The notes: a model not told the origin generated them from the sequence alone. A DNA stretch of 64,000 nucleotides from Thermoanaerobaculia bacterium (GCA_035498835.1 DATJZU010000035.1:8625-72624); one strand, 5' to 3'. Shown: positions 43,250 to 52,912, counted from the stretch's first letter. Numbers and translations are program-made.

Positions 43250-43963
43250 GTGCGGATCGCCCTCACGCTCGACCGCGACGCCACCGCGTGCGAAGAGAAC
43301 GACTATCTCGCCTCGCTCGTCGCCGCGGGGTTCCGGCGCGAGGAGATCGTCGTGCTGCCTCCCGGAGCGCTCGCCGACGCGGAATTCGACGGGATCGTGA
43401 TCGGCGGCGGCTGCGACGTGGACCCGTCCCGCTACGGCGAGACGGCGCGCGCCGGCGCCCACCTCGAGCTCGACGCCGCGCGCGACGAGACCGACTTCCA
43501 GCTCTTCGAGAAAGCTCGTCGCGCCCGGACGCCGACGCTCGCGATCTGCCGCGGGCTCCAGGTCGTCAACGTCGCGCTCGGGGGAACGCTCGTGCAGGAC
43601 CTCCCGAGCCAGCGCCCCGAGGCCCTCGCACACCAGACGGACGAGTCGAAGCGGAAGGACAAGGCGCTGCGCGACCACGCAGTGCGCATCGCGCCGGGCA
43701 CGCTGCTCTCCGGCATCGCCGCGGCGGCGGAGGTCGAGGTCAACAGCCGCCATCATCAGGCGATCGCGCGTCCCGCGCCGGGGCTGACGGTTTCCGCGGT
43801 CGCGCCCGACGGCGTGATCGAGGCCGTCGAAACGGCCGAGCCGTGGGTGCTCGCGGTGCAGTGGCATCCGGAAAACCTCTCGGGCGCCGACGCGCCGTCC
43901 CGCCGGATCTTCGAGGCGTTCGCCCGGGCGGTCCGGCGGAGCGCCGGGAACGGCGGCCGCTGA
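43250..43963 (+). CDS. class I glutamine amidotransferase-like / peptidase C26 (gamma-glutamyl hydrolase, PuuD-like)
   Basis: GIVIGGG...LAICRGLQVVNVALGG...HHQAI...VQWHPE. Confidence 0.75.
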   Translation: MRIALTLDRDATACEENDYLASLVAAGFRREEIVVLPPGALADAEFDGIVIGGGCDVDPSRYGETARAGAHLELDAARDETDFQLFEKARRARTPTLAICRGLQVVNVALGGTLVQDLPSQRPEALAHQTDESKRKDKALRDHAVRIAPGTLLSGIAAAAEVEVNSRHHQAIARPAPGLTVSAVAPDGVIEAVETAEPWVLAVQWHPENLSGADAPSRRIFEAFARAVRRSAGNGGR

Positions 43964-44036
43964 TTTCGGAAATCGGGAAGCGGGGAGCCGGTGTTCTGAG
44001 AGGCTGGACTTTCCGACGCATGCGACAGGAGAAGAG

Positions 44037-44981
44037 ATGACTCGTCGCCTTTCGGTCGCCCTTGCCCTCGCCCTCGCGGGAGGACTGCTCGCCTCGGCCG
44101 CCCCGGGGCAAACCAAGATCGCTTCGGAGAAACTCGCCGACGGCGTGTGGGCCGCGCCGACTCCGGGCGGCGCCAACGTCGGCTGGTTCACCGTCGGCGA
44201 CACGGTCGTCGCCGTGGACTCGGGCGTGAGCGAGGACGTGGGCCGTGCACTCCTCGACGAGATTCAGAAAACGGCCGGGCGCAAGCCGCGGTATCTCGTC
44301 CTGACGCACGCGCACAAGGACCACGCCGGCGGCGCCGCGGCGTTCGCGGCGGCCGGAGTGCAGGTCATGTCGGCGGAGAAGGCCGCGTCCGGCGTCCTCT
44401 TCGTGCTCGGCGGGTCCGGCGCGGCCACGGCGGGCAAGTCCGCCGCGCCGCCGCTCGTGCTGACGGTCTCCGAACGTTCCCTCCTCGTCGGAAAGGACGC
44501 GCGGCGCGCCGAGATCTACTACCTCGGTCCCGGCCACACGCAGGGCGACCTCGTCGTCGTCGTGCCCGACGCCGGCGTTCTCTTCTCGGGCGACCTGGCC
44601 GTCAACGGCGTCCTTCCGTTCCTCCGCTCGAACGACGTGGATCCCATCGGCTGGGAGCGGATTCTGCCGCGGCTCGCGGCGCTGAAGGTCGACAAGCTCG
44701 TGCCCGGCCACGGCGCGATCGGACCGACGAACGGGATCGCCGACACGGACGCGTACCTGCGGCGCGTGAACGAGATCGCCGCCAGGATCGTGGTGGCGGG
44801 GCTGCCGCCGGCGATGTGGGAGGCCCAGATCCGCGCGCCGGAGAACCTCATCGAGAACGTTCCCGTGACGCCCGATCACATCGCGAACATCCGGGCGATC
44901 GCCGAGCGCGAGATCGCGCGCCGCGCGGCGGTTCCTGCGACGCCGGCGCCGACACCCTCCCCGACGGTTCCGCCGAAGTGA
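44037..44981 (+). CDS. secreted MBL-fold metallo-hydrolase
   Basis: AGGAGAAGAG Shine-Dalgarno. Signal peptide. LVLTHAHKDHAGG (HxHxDH) ... GPGHTQGD ... PGHG. Confidence 0.85.
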   Translation: MTRRLSVALALALAGGLLASAAPGQTKIASEKLADGVWAAPTPGGANVGWFTVGDTVVAVDSGVSEDVGRALLDEIQKTAGRKPRYLVLTHAHKDHAGGAAAFAAAGVQVMSAEKAASGVLFVLGGSGAATAGKSAAPPLVLTVSERSLLVGKDARRAEIYYLGPGHTQGDLVVVVPDAGVLFSGDLAVNGVLPFLRSNDVDPIGWERILPRLAALKVDKLVPGHGAIGPTNGIADTDAYLRRVNEIAARIVVAGLPPAMWEAQIRAPENLIENVPVTPDHIANIRAIAEREIARRAAVPATPAPTPSPTVPPK

Positions 44982-45733
44982 CCGCGGGCGGGATCGCCCT
45001 CCGCGTCTCCGCGACGGGCCGCGCCGATCTCGAGATCCGCCTTCCGCCGGTCAACGTCCTGGGCGTCGCGGACCTCGAGGCGATCGCCGCCGCGGTGCCG
45101 CGCGCCGCGTCGTCCCGCGTCCTCGTTCTGACCGGCCTGCCTCGCGCGTTCTCGGCCGGCGTCTCGGTGGCCGAGCACGTTCCGGAGTCCGCGCCCATCG
45201 AGCGCATGCTCACGGCGATGCGCCGCGCGCTCGAGGCGCTCCTCGACGCGCCGGCGGTCACCGTCGCCTCGGTTTCGGGCGCGTGCCTGGGCGGCGGGGC
45301 GGAGATCGCCGCGGCGTGCGACCTCGTGCTCTGCGCGGGCGACGCGCGCGTCGGATTTCCCGAGATCCGCCTCGGCTGCTTTCCTCCGGGAGCGGCGGCG
45401 CTCCTCCCGGGCCGCGTGGGGGAGGCGCGCGCCGCGGACTGGATCCTGACGGGACGCACGGTCTCCGGTCGCGAGGCGGCCGAAGCCGGGTTCGCGACCC
45501 GCGCCGTCGAGCCGGCGGCGCTCGTCCCGGAGACGGACCGGCTCGCCGCGCAGCTCCTGTCGCGCGGCGCCGCGGCGATGTCCGCGGCGCGCGAGCTGGC
45601 GCGCACCGGCCGGAGGCGAGCGCTCGTCTCGATCCTGCCGCGCGCGGAGGAGGCGTACCGGGCGCTTGCCGGCGATGTGGAGCTCGCGCGCGCGGTGCGG
45701 GAGTTTCCGGGACGCGGGACGCCGCGCCGGTGA
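44978..45733 (+). CDS. enoyl-CoA hydratase/isomerase (crotonase) family protein
   Basis: GTG overlapping the MBL stop (GTGA). AFSAGVSVAE...VSGACLGGGAEIAAACDL. Confidence 0.75.
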   Translation: MTAGGIALRVSATGRADLEIRLPPVNVLGVADLEAIAAAVPRAASSRVLVLTGLPRAFSAGVSVAEHVPESAPIERMLTAMRRALEALLDAPAVTVASVSGACLGGGAEIAAACDLVLCAGDARVGFPEIRLGCFPPGAAALLPGRVGEARAADWILTGRTVSGREAAEAGFATRAVEPAALVPETDRLAAQLLSRGAAAMSAARELARTGRRRALVSILPRAEEAYRALAGDVELARAVREFPGRGTPRR

Positions 45734-46563
45734 TCTTCTACGTCAACGGCCGTTACGTGCCGCGGGAGCAGGCGGCCATCTCGCCGGAGGACCGCGGCTT
45801 TCTTTTCGGGGATGCCATCTACGAGGTCGTGCGGTTCTGGAAGGGCCGGCCTTATCACCTCGCGGAGCACCTCGAGCGGATGCGCGAGGGCCTCGATGCG
45901 ATCCGCATCGAGGCGGACCCGTCGTTCTTTCCGGAGGTCGCGCGGCGTCTTCTCGCGGAGAACGGGCTCGCCGACGGCGACGCGATCGTGTACGCGCAGG
46001 TCTCGCGCGGCGCCGCGCCGCGCACGCACGGCTTTCCGCCGAAGGGCACGACGCCGACGGTCTTCGCGTTCGCGCGCGCAAGCGATCCCCCGCCGCCCGA
46101 AGGCGGAGGCCGCGCCATCCTGCTCCCCGACGAGCGCTGGGGGCGCTGCGACATCAAGACGGTGATGCTCCTGGCCAACGTCCTCGCCTTCCAGACAGCG
46201 CGCGAGGCCGGCGCGATCGACGCGATCCTCGTTCGCGACGGCGTGGCGCTCGAGGGCACGAAGGCGAACCTTTTCGCCTGCGTGGACGGCGGCGTGCGCA
46301 CCGCGCCTCTCGGGCCGGCGATCCTTCCCGGCGTCACGCGCGGAGCGACGCTCGCGGCGGCCCGGCGAATGGGTCTCGCCGTCGAGGAGCGCGCGCTCGC
46401 CGTCGAGGAGCTCTTCGCCGCGTCCGAGGTCTTTCTCGCCTCGACGACGCTGTGGGCCTATCCGCTCGTCGAGATCGCCGGGCGGCCCATCGCCGGCGGA
46501 CGGCCGGGGCCCGTCGTCGGGAAGCTCAAGGACGCCCTCCGCGCGGAGTTCCTCGCTTCGTGA
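45730..46563 (+). CDS. class IV PLP aminotransferase (branched-chain/D-amino-acid aminotransferase family)
   Basis: GTG overlapping the previous stop (GTGA). FGDAIYEVVRFWKGRPYHLAEHLERM...EGTKANLFAC...PGVTR. Confidence 0.75.
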   Translation: MIFYVNGRYVPREQAAISPEDRGFLFGDAIYEVVRFWKGRPYHLAEHLERMREGLDAIRIEADPSFFPEVARRLLAENGLADGDAIVYAQVSRGAAPRTHGFPPKGTTPTVFAFARASDPPPPEGGGRAILLPDERWGRCDIKTVMLLANVLAFQTAREAGAIDAILVRDGVALEGTKANLFACVDGGVRTAPLGPAILPGVTRGATLAAARRMGLAVEERALAVEELFAASEVFLASTTLWAYPLVEIAGRPIAGGRPGPVVGKLKDALRAEFLAS

Positions 46564-47867
46564 GGGACACGCGGCCCACCCGCGTGCGCTGGCTCGTGCT
46601 GGCGCTCATCTGCCTCATGAGCTTCGTCAGTTACGTGCTCAAGAGCACGATGTCGGTGGCCGGCGTTTCGATGATCCGGGACCTCGGCCTCTCGGAGCTT
46701 CAGCTCGGTGCCGTTCTGTCGGCTTACGCCTGGGGTTACGGCATCTTTCAAATGCCCGGCGGCGTGTTCGGGGAAGCGAAGGGCGCCCGGCGATCGATGG
46801 CGTGGCTGACGCTCGCGTGGGGGATCCTGACGTTCGCGACGGGCCTCGTGCCCGGCCGCGCGGCGGCGCCGGCAGCCGTGTCGCTCGCGATGCTCGTCCT
46901 CCTGCGCTTCGCCCTGGGCGCCGCGCAGGCGCCGCTCTATCCGGTGACGAGCGGCGTCTCCATCGCACGCTGGTTCCCGCCGCGCCTGTGGGGTTTCGCC
47001 AACGGCCTCGGATCGACCGCGCTGACGCTCGGAGCCGCCGCCGCCGGACCCGGAGTGGCGTGGCTCGTCGGCGCGGCCGGCTGGCGCGGATCCTTTCTGG
47101 CCACGGCGCCCCTCGGGGCCCTGACCGCGTGGCTCTGGTGGCGCTCCTACCGCGAGTCGCCGGCGGAAGACTCTCGCGTCAATGCAAGCGAGCGTGAGCT
47201 GATCGGCGCGGGAGCGCCGGCGTCCCATGCGGCATCGGTCGCCGGCGTCTGGAAGGCCGTAGCGCGCGACCGCGACGTGCTGGCGATCACCGGGAGCTAT
47301 TTCTGCATGAACTACGTTTTCTATCTCTTCTTCAACTGGTTCTATTACTACCTCGTGGACGTGCGCGGCCTCTCGCGGCAGGTCGGCGGATATTTCAGCG
47401 GCGCCCAGTGGATCGTCGGCGCGATGACCGCGGTCCTCGGCGGATGGCTGGGAGACCGGCTCGCCCGGCGGTTCGGACCCCGCCGCGGGTATCGCCTGAC
47501 GGTCGTCGGCGGAATGCTGCTTTGCGCACCGCTCCTCGTGGCGGGCGCGCTCGCGAAGAACGGCGCGCTCGCCGTGGCGCTGCTCTCGCTCAGCTTCGGG
47601 GCCACGCAACTGGTCGACGGACCTTACTGGGCCGTCGCGATGCGGATCGGCGGCGCGCACGGCGCCGTGACGAGCGGGCTGATGAACACCGGCGGCAATG
47701 TCGTCGGGGGCGTGGGCGCGCTGCTCGTTCCTCTCGTCGCGCGCGCTTTCGGCTGGCCGGCGGCGATCTCGACGGGCGCGATCTTCGCCCTCGTGGCCGC
47801 GGTGCTCTGGATCTGGATCCGCGCGGACCGGACGTTCGGTCACGCCGCGGCGAAGGTGTCCTCATGA
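46560..47867 (+). CDS. MFS transporter
   Basis: GTG overlapping the previous stop. 12 predicted TM helices, 435 aa. Confidence 0.8.
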   Translation: MRDTRPTRVRWLVLALICLMSFVSYVLKSTMSVAGVSMIRDLGLSELQLGAVLSAYAWGYGIFQMPGGVFGEAKGARRSMAWLTLAWGILTFATGLVPGRAAAPAAVSLAMLVLLRFALGAAQAPLYPVTSGVSIARWFPPRLWGFANGLGSTALTLGAAAAGPGVAWLVGAAGWRGSFLATAPLGALTAWLWWRSYRESPAEDSRVNASERELIGAGAPASHAASVAGVWKAVARDRDVLAITGSYFCMNYVFYLFFNWFYYYLVDVRGLSRQVGGYFSGAQWIVGAMTAVLGGWLGDRLARRFGPRRGYRLTVVGGMLLCAPLLVAGALAKNGALAVALLSLSFGATQLVDGPYWAVAMRIGGAHGAVTSGLMNTGGNVVGGVGALLVPLVARAFGWPAAISTGAIFALVAAVLWIWIRADRTFGHAAAKVSS

Positions 47868-48382
47868 ACGCCGACGAGCTTCGGTCCCTGCAGTCGCCGC
47901 TGAAGGAAAAGTATCGGGCCGACGGATCGGCCGCCCTCGTCACGCTCCGCGCGCAGGGCCGCGTGGGCGCCGGCGTCTCGTGCCGCGTCGAGACCGGAAA
48001 GGCGCTCGTCGAGGCCGGGCTCCATCCGGCCACCGGAGGCTCGGGGCTTCAGGCGTGCTCGGGGGACATGCTCCTCGAGGCGCTCGCCGCTTGCGCCGGC
48101 GTGACCCTGTCGGCGGTGGCGACGGCGCTCGGGATCGAGATCCGCGAAGGGACGGTTCGCGCCGAGGGCGACATCGACTTCCGCGGGACGCTCGGCGTCT
48201 CGAAAGACGTGCCCGTCGGCTTCTCGCGGATCCGGCTGGAGTTCGACCTCGCGACCCCGGCTTCCGAAGAGCAGCTCGCGACGCTGCAGCGCCTCACCGA
48301 GAGGTACTGCGTCGTCTACCAGACCCTGCGCCAGCCGCCCGAGATCTCCGTGTCCCGCCGCGCCGCGCCGCCGGCTCCGTAG
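47864..48382 (+). CDS. OsmC/Ohr family protein
   Basis: ATG overlapping the MFS stop (ATGA). ~170 aa with the two conserved Cys (LQACSGDML...CAGVTL). Confidence 0.75.
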   Translation: MNADELRSLQSPLKEKYRADGSAALVTLRAQGRVGAGVSCRVETGKALVEAGLHPATGGSGLQACSGDMLLEALAACAGVTLSAVATALGIEIREGTVRAEGDIDFRGTLGVSKDVPVGFSRIRLEFDLATPASEEQLATLQRLTERYCVVYQTLRQPPEISVSRRAAPPAP

Positions 48383-48779
48383 ACGTCACGCCGGCCGCCG
48401 CGCGCGGATATCGCGCCTCCACGACCGACGAGATCCCGCCGCGCGAGGAGAAGGTCCCGCGCACCGACATGCTCTTCGGCCGGCACGCCGCCGCGCAATC
48501 GTCGAGGATCCGGTTCACGGCGTTCTCGTAGAAGATCCCGAGATCTCGGAACGCGACGATGTAGAGCTTGAGCGACTTGAGCTCCAGGCAGTCGCGGTCG
48601 GGCACGTAGCGGATCGTCAGGTGCCCGAAGTCCGGCAGTCCGGTCTTCGGGCAGATCGCGTTGTACTCCGGGATCTCGACGGTGATCTCGTAGTCCGGGT
48701 ACTGGTTCGGCCACGTCTCGAGCGCCGGAAGCTCCGCCTCGATTCCGGACCGCGCGTGCTCTTCTGTGTAGTCGCCCAT
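48294..48779 (-). CDS. queF: NADPH-dependent 7-cyano-7-deazaguanine reductase
   Basis: EYNAICPKTGLPDFGHLTIRYVPD...ELKSLKLY...RGGIS closely follows type-I QueF. The C-terminal ~30 codons run antisense through the OsmC 3' end. Confidence 0.8.
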   Translation of the reverse strand: MGDYTEEHARSGIEAELPALETWPNQYPDYEITVEIPEYNAICPKTGLPDFGHLTIRYVPDRDCLELKSLKLYIVAFRDLGIFYENAVNRILDDCAAACRPKSMSVRGTFSSRGGISSVVEARYPRAAAGVTSTEPAARRGGTRRSRAAGAGSGRRRSTSR

Positions 48780-48825
48780 CGGCCAGATCCTATTCCAGGG
48801 CGTCTGCTACCATGCCGCGACCTCG

Positions 48826-49476
48826 ATGGACCTGCTGCGCGAGATCTGGCACCGCCTGACGGACGTGCAGTCGCTCGTGCGCGTCGGCGGCCTCGCGGCG
48901 ATCACCGCCGTGATCTTCGCCGAGACCGGCTTGATGATCGGTTTCTTTCTGCCGGGCGACTCGCTTCTCTTCACGGCGGGCGCGATCGCGGCGCACGCGC
49001 AGTTCTCGATCGTCACGCTGAACGTCGTGCTCTCCCTCGCGGCGATCGCCGGAGACACCGCGGGCTACTGGATCGGCCGGCGGGCCGGACCGGCGCTCTT
49101 CAAGAAGCCGAAGTCGCTCTTCTTCAACCCCGACCACCTGCGCCGCGCGCACGATTTCTACGAGCAGTACGGCGGCAAGACGATCGTGCTCGCGCGATTC
49201 ATCCCGATCATCCGGACGTTCGCGCCGGTCGTCGCGGGCATGGGCCGGATGGAGTACCGGAGATTCGTCTTCTTCAACGTCTTTGGAGGCATCGGGTGGG
49301 TGCTCTCGATGACGCTCGCGGGCTACTTCCTCGGACGCCTGCCGTTCGTTGCGCGGCACTTCGAGGGCTTCGTGCTCGGGATCATCGTGCTCTCGATCCT
49401 GCCCGGGGCCTTCGCCGTCCTGCGCGAGCGCCGCCGCCACCGCGCCGCGAAGAGTCCCGAGACCGCGGAGAAATAA
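48826..49476 (+). CDS. DedA family membrane protein (VTT/SNARE-associated domain)
   Basis: GFFLPGDSLLFTAG...RFIPIIRTFAPVVAGMGRM. Confidence 0.85.
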   Translation: MDLLREIWHRLTDVQSLVRVGGLAAITAVIFAETGLMIGFFLPGDSLLFTAGAIAAHAQFSIVTLNVVLSLAAIAGDTAGYWIGRRAGPALFKKPKSLFFNPDHLRRAHDFYEQYGGKTIVLARFIPIIRTFAPVVAGMGRMEYRRFVFFNVFGGIGWVLSMTLAGYFLGRLPFVARHFEGFVLGIIVLSILPGAFAVLRERRRHRAAKSPETAEK

Positions 49477-49546
49477 AAAAAGGCCGGCGGCGCGGGCGCG
49501 GAGCCGGAAGGAGGGTTCTCGCTCCGCGAGCCGGCCGCCGGGCCGG
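49475..49546. terminator. imperfect long GC hairpin flanked by A7 (U-tract for the minus-strand DinB-family transcript); probably bidirectional
   Basis: aaataaaaaaa then CGCGGAGC...GCTCCGCG with outer GCCGGCGGC/GCCGCCGG pairing, between convergent genes ending at 49476 (+) and 49559 (-). Confidence 0.55.
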
Positions 49547-49558
49547 AGCCGACGAACT

Positions 49559-50068
49559 TCAGGCGACGGCCGAGCTCGGCCGTGGGGTATCGAAGCTCTC
49601 TCCCGAGAGCAGGGCGCGGATCTCCTCGACGTGCGAGCGGTCGTGCTCGGCCATCATGCGCGGGATGTCGGCGAGCGTCACGCGGCCCGCGGACTCCTGA
49701 TGGCCGCCGCGCTTCCAGCCCGCGCGCGGCACGGAGCGCAGGCGCTCGACATTGCGGCGGCGCGCCAGCGTGAACGCCGCGAGACCCTCGCCGAGGCTGC
49801 GGCCCTGATAGCCGCGCTCGCGCGCGATTCGATCACCGTCGAAATTCGAGAGCGCGGGCTCCTCCTCCGTCAGGAGACGGCGAATGCGCACGCCGTAACC
49901 CTCGCGCTCGAGATCCGCGAGATGCCACACGTTCTCGACGAGCGAGAAACCGCCCGCGGCGGGGCGCCGCGTGACGTCGCCCTCGGGACACGTCCTCGCG
50001 GCTTGAGCGAGCAGCGCCGGGGTGGATTCGAGCGTCAGCAGCAGGGTCTCGAGCTTGCGGCGATTCAT
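49559..50068 (-). CDS. DinB/YfiT-like metal-dependent hydrolase family protein
   Basis: 169 aa. VENVWHLADLE and EHDRSHVEEI His motifs typical of DinB_2. Confidence 0.65.
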   Translation of the reverse strand: MNRRKLETLLLTLESTPALLAQAARTCPEGDVTRRPAAGGFSLVENVWHLADLEREGYGVRIRRLLTEEEPALSNFDGDRIARERGYQGRSLGEGLAAFTLARRRNVERLRSVPRAGWKRGGHQESAGRVTLADIPRMMAEHDRSHVEEIRALLSGESFDTPRPSSAVA

Positions 50069-50189
50069 GGCGTTTCCTCATCTCTCTCTACGCACCTCGC
50101 GGGCGAAAGTTTCCCGGATTCGGGCGGATTTCCGTCCGAATGGCCTGCCGAAGTGGCCGCGGCGCGGCGGTACACTCTCGTCCCTCGAG

Positions 50190-50660
50190 ATGCTCGATTC
50201 GTTCCGTGACTTCGTCTCGCGCCATCTGGGCGCGGCGCCTCCACCCGCGGCGTCGCCGGATCGCGTTCGCATCGCGGCGTGCGCTCTGCTGCTCGAGCTC
50301 GCGCACGCCGACGGCGATTTCTCCGAGGAGGAGCGCCGGCGCATCGCGCGCGCGGCCCGCGAGATGGGCATCGCGGCGTCGCAGGTCGAGGAGACGTTGC
50401 GCCTCGCCGAAGCCGAGCGGCGCGACAGCGTCGATCTCTTTCAGTTCACGCGCCGCGTGACCGAGAGCTTTTCGCGCGACGAGCGGCTGCGGCTCGTCGA
50501 GGCGGTCTGGGGCGTCGTCTACTCGGACGGGCAGCTCACCGAAGCGGAGAACCGGCTGGCGCGGCGGATCGCCGAGCTGCTCGGGTTCCAGCATCCGGAG
50601 GTCCAGGCGGTCAAGGACCGGGTGGCGGAACGCGCCTCGGGGCCGGAGGAGGGACATTAG
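50190..50660 (+). CDS. TerB-like (tellurite-resistance TerB/DjlA-N family) protein
   Basis: Two repeats ADGDFSEEERRRIARAAREMG / SDGQLTEAENRLARRIAELLGF. The track's upstream Met at 50022 lies in the divergent promoter. Confidence 0.65.
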   Translation: MLDSFRDFVSRHLGAAPPPAASPDRVRIAACALLLELAHADGDFSEEERRRIARAAREMGIAASQVEETLRLAEAERRDSVDLFQFTRRVTESFSRDERLRLVEAVWGVVYSDGQLTEAENRLARRIAELLGFQHPEVQAVKDRVAERASGPEEGH

Positions 50661-50823
50661 GAGGTCGTTCGTCCCTGGAAACAGGCCGTTTGTCCCGGAG
50701 AATCGCTTCTTCTGCCGTTGATCACTAGAATGCTGCGCGTCTCGAAAATCAATGAATTCCGGAGGTTCTCCTAAGGACTCTCGTGTGGGCGCGACGCATG
50801 CTGTGCTGCGGGAGGAGACTTTC

Positions 50824-51891
50824 GTGACCAACGCCCGCCGTACCCGTTTCCTGCGCGCCGGCTTCCTCGCGATCGGCGCGGCGCTCGCGTTCACCGCCCT
50901 CGCCGCCGCCGGCGCCCCGCCGGCGAAGCCGCGCAAGAAACCCGTGGGGCCGTACGGCCGCGCCGTCATGGCTGTCGCCGTCGATCCGAGCGCGCCGGGC
51001 ACGATCTACGCCGGCACGGGAGGGGGAGCCTTCCGCAGCGCCGACGGCGGCGCGACGTGGTCCGCGCTCGATCCCGGTCTCTCCGGAATGTCCGTCGGCG
51101 CGCTCGCGGTCGATCGGTCCGCACCCACGACGGTGTGGGTCGGAACGGGCAGCGGGATCTTCAAGAAGACTCCGGATGGCATCCGCCGCATGGCGCTCGA
51201 AACCGAGATGGGCGGCCTCTTCGTGGGCGCGCTGGCGATCGACCCGTCGTCTCCGGCGACGATCTACGCGGGAACGGGCTCGGGAATCTTCAAGAGCCGC
51301 GACGCCGGCGTGACGTGGGCCGAGGCCGGCCACGGCCTCACGAATCAGTTCGTCACGACTCTTCTGATCGATCCGTCGGCGCCGCAGACGCTTTACGCGG
51401 CGACCAATGGCGGCGGGGTGTTTAAGAGCTCGGACGCCGGCGGGACGTGGAAGGCCGTCAACTCGGGTCTGCGCAGCACGATCGTGCTCGCGATGGCGAT
51501 CGACCCCGACCATCCCGCGAGGCTCTATGCGCAGACCGTCGAGGGGGTCTTCAAGACCGCCGACGGGGGCGCGAGCTGGACTCCGACCAACAAGGGGCTG
51601 GCGAGCCGCTTCACGCTCGCGCTCGCCGTCCATCCGACGTCGTGCGCGACGCTCTACGCCGGAACCGCCAGCGGGGTCTTCAAGAGCTCCGACGGCGGCG
51701 CGACATGGTCCTCCGCGAGCGAGGGCCTGACGAATCTGTTTGTGACGTCGATCGCGATCGATCCGCAGAGCCCCGAGACGCTGTACGCTGGCACCGATGG
51801 CGGCCTCTTCAAGTCGACGACCGGCGGTTTGAGCTGGAGCGAGCTGAAGAGGAATAATGACGCGAGTCGTGCGAGAGCCGGAAACGAGTGA
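50824..51891 (+). CDS. Tat-secreted BNR/Asp-box repeat beta-propeller protein (Ycf48-like), paralog 1
   Basis: GGGAGGAG Shine-Dalgarno 6 nt before the GTG. Twin-arginine motif NARRTRFLRAG. At least seven S.DGG.TW Asp-box repeats. Confidence 0.8.
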   Translation: MTNARRTRFLRAGFLAIGAALAFTALAAAGAPPAKPRKKPVGPYGRAVMAVAVDPSAPGTIYAGTGGGAFRSADGGATWSALDPGLSGMSVGALAVDRSAPTTVWVGTGSGIFKKTPDGIRRMALETEMGGLFVGALAIDPSSPATIYAGTGSGIFKSRDAGVTWAEAGHGLTNQFVTTLLIDPSAPQTLYAATNGGGVFKSSDAGGTWKAVNSGLRSTIVLAMAIDPDHPARLYAQTVEGVFKTADGGASWTPTNKGLASRFTLALAVHPTSCATLYAGTASGVFKSSDGGATWSSASEGLTNLFVTSIAIDPQSPETLYAGTDGGLFKSTTGGLSWSELKRNNDASRARAGNE

Positions 51892-52912
51892 CGCGGGTCT
51901 CTTCGGATCCTCCGTGCGGCATCCGGCGGCGGCCGGCCTCGTTCTGCTCGCCGCCGTTCTCGTTCCCTCGGCCCGCGCGGAGGAGCGCAGCGCCGGAAGC
52001 GTGCTGACGATCGCCGTCGCGCCCGGTTCCGCGACCGTCTTTGCCGGCACCGCGGCCGGCGGCCTCTACCGAAGCGACGACGGTGGAGAGTCCTGGACCC
52101 TCGTCGAAGGACCGCTCGCCGGCCTGTCCGTTTCCGCCCTCGCCTTCGACGGCGCCGAACCGTCGGTCGTATGCGCCGGCACCAACGGCGCGGGGGTCTT
52201 TCACAGCGCGGACGGCGGTCGGACCTGGGCGGAGTCGAAGTCGGGCCTCGCGAATCTCTTCGTCGAGGCGCTCGCGTTCGATCCCGGGCCGCCGCGCGGC
52301 GTTCTCGCCGGCACCGACGGAGGCGTGTTTCGGAGCGCCGACGGCGGGCAGACGTGGACCGAGGTCTCCGAAGGCCTGCCCGAGCGCACGGTGACCGTGC
52401 TCGCCGTGCCGCCGGGCGGCGGTACGGCGTTCGTCGGGACGAAGAAGTCGGGCATCTACCGGCGCGACACGTCCGGGAAGTGGACGGCCGCCGCGACGGG
52501 TCTCGGCCGCGGAGCGGTCCGAGGCCTCGCGATTTGCGCCGCCGAGCCCCGCGCGATGTATGCGGGGACCGAGTCCGGGCTCTTTCGCAGCGGGAACGGC
52601 GGCGACGCATGGACGCCGGTGAACTCCGGCCTCACGAGCACCTCGGTGCTGGCGCTCGCCGTGGATCCCGCCTCGGCGAGCCGCGCTTTCGCCGGTACGG
52701 TGACGGGTCTCTACCGGACGTCCAACGGCGGGACGAACTGGTCTTCGGCGGAGACGGGCGCCGGCTCGTTCTTCAATGCCGTCGCTTTCGGGCCGTCGGG
52801 CGCGGTGCTCCTCGGCGGCGACGGCGCGATCATCCGGAGCGGCGACGGCGGGAAGACGTGGACCGCGAAGAAGCTGCCGCCCGCGCCGCCCGCCGCGGAG
52901 GACGAAGAGTGA
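51857..52912 (+). CDS. secreted BNR/Asp-box repeat beta-propeller protein, paralog 2
   Basis: Same repeat architecture. The track start overlaps paralog 1 by 35 nt. The true start may be the GTG near 51914 (VRHPAAAGLVLLAAVLVPSARA signal). Confidence 0.75.
   Translation: MTRVVREPETSDAGLFGSSVRHPAAAGLVLLAAVLVPSARAEERSAGSVLTIAVAPGSATVFAGTAAGGLYRSDDGGESWTLVEGPLAGLSVSALAFDGAEPSVVCAGTNGAGVFHSADGGRTWAESKSGLANLFVEALAFDPGPPRGVLAGTDGGVFRSADGGQTWTEVSEGLPERTVTVLAVPPGGGTAFVGTKKSGIYRRDTSGKWTAAATGLGRGAVRGLAICAAEPRAMYAGTESGLFRSGNGGDAWTPVNSGLTSTSVLALAVDPASASRAFAGTVTGLYRTSNGGTNWSSAETGAGSFFNAVAFGPSGAVLLGGDGAIIRSGDGGKTWTAKKLPPAPPAAEDEE

Noticed and set aside
48780-48825. Possible preQ1 riboswitch upstream of queF
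   Set aside because: Only 46 nt separate queF from the divergent dedA start. I could not find the conserved preQ1-I hairpin and A-rich tail in it.
50661-50823. Sigma-70 promoter call (TTGATC ... TAGAAT) upstream of the Asp-box propeller operon
   Set aside because: Several overlapping hexamer candidates with wrong spacing. Cannot choose among them without a transcription start site.
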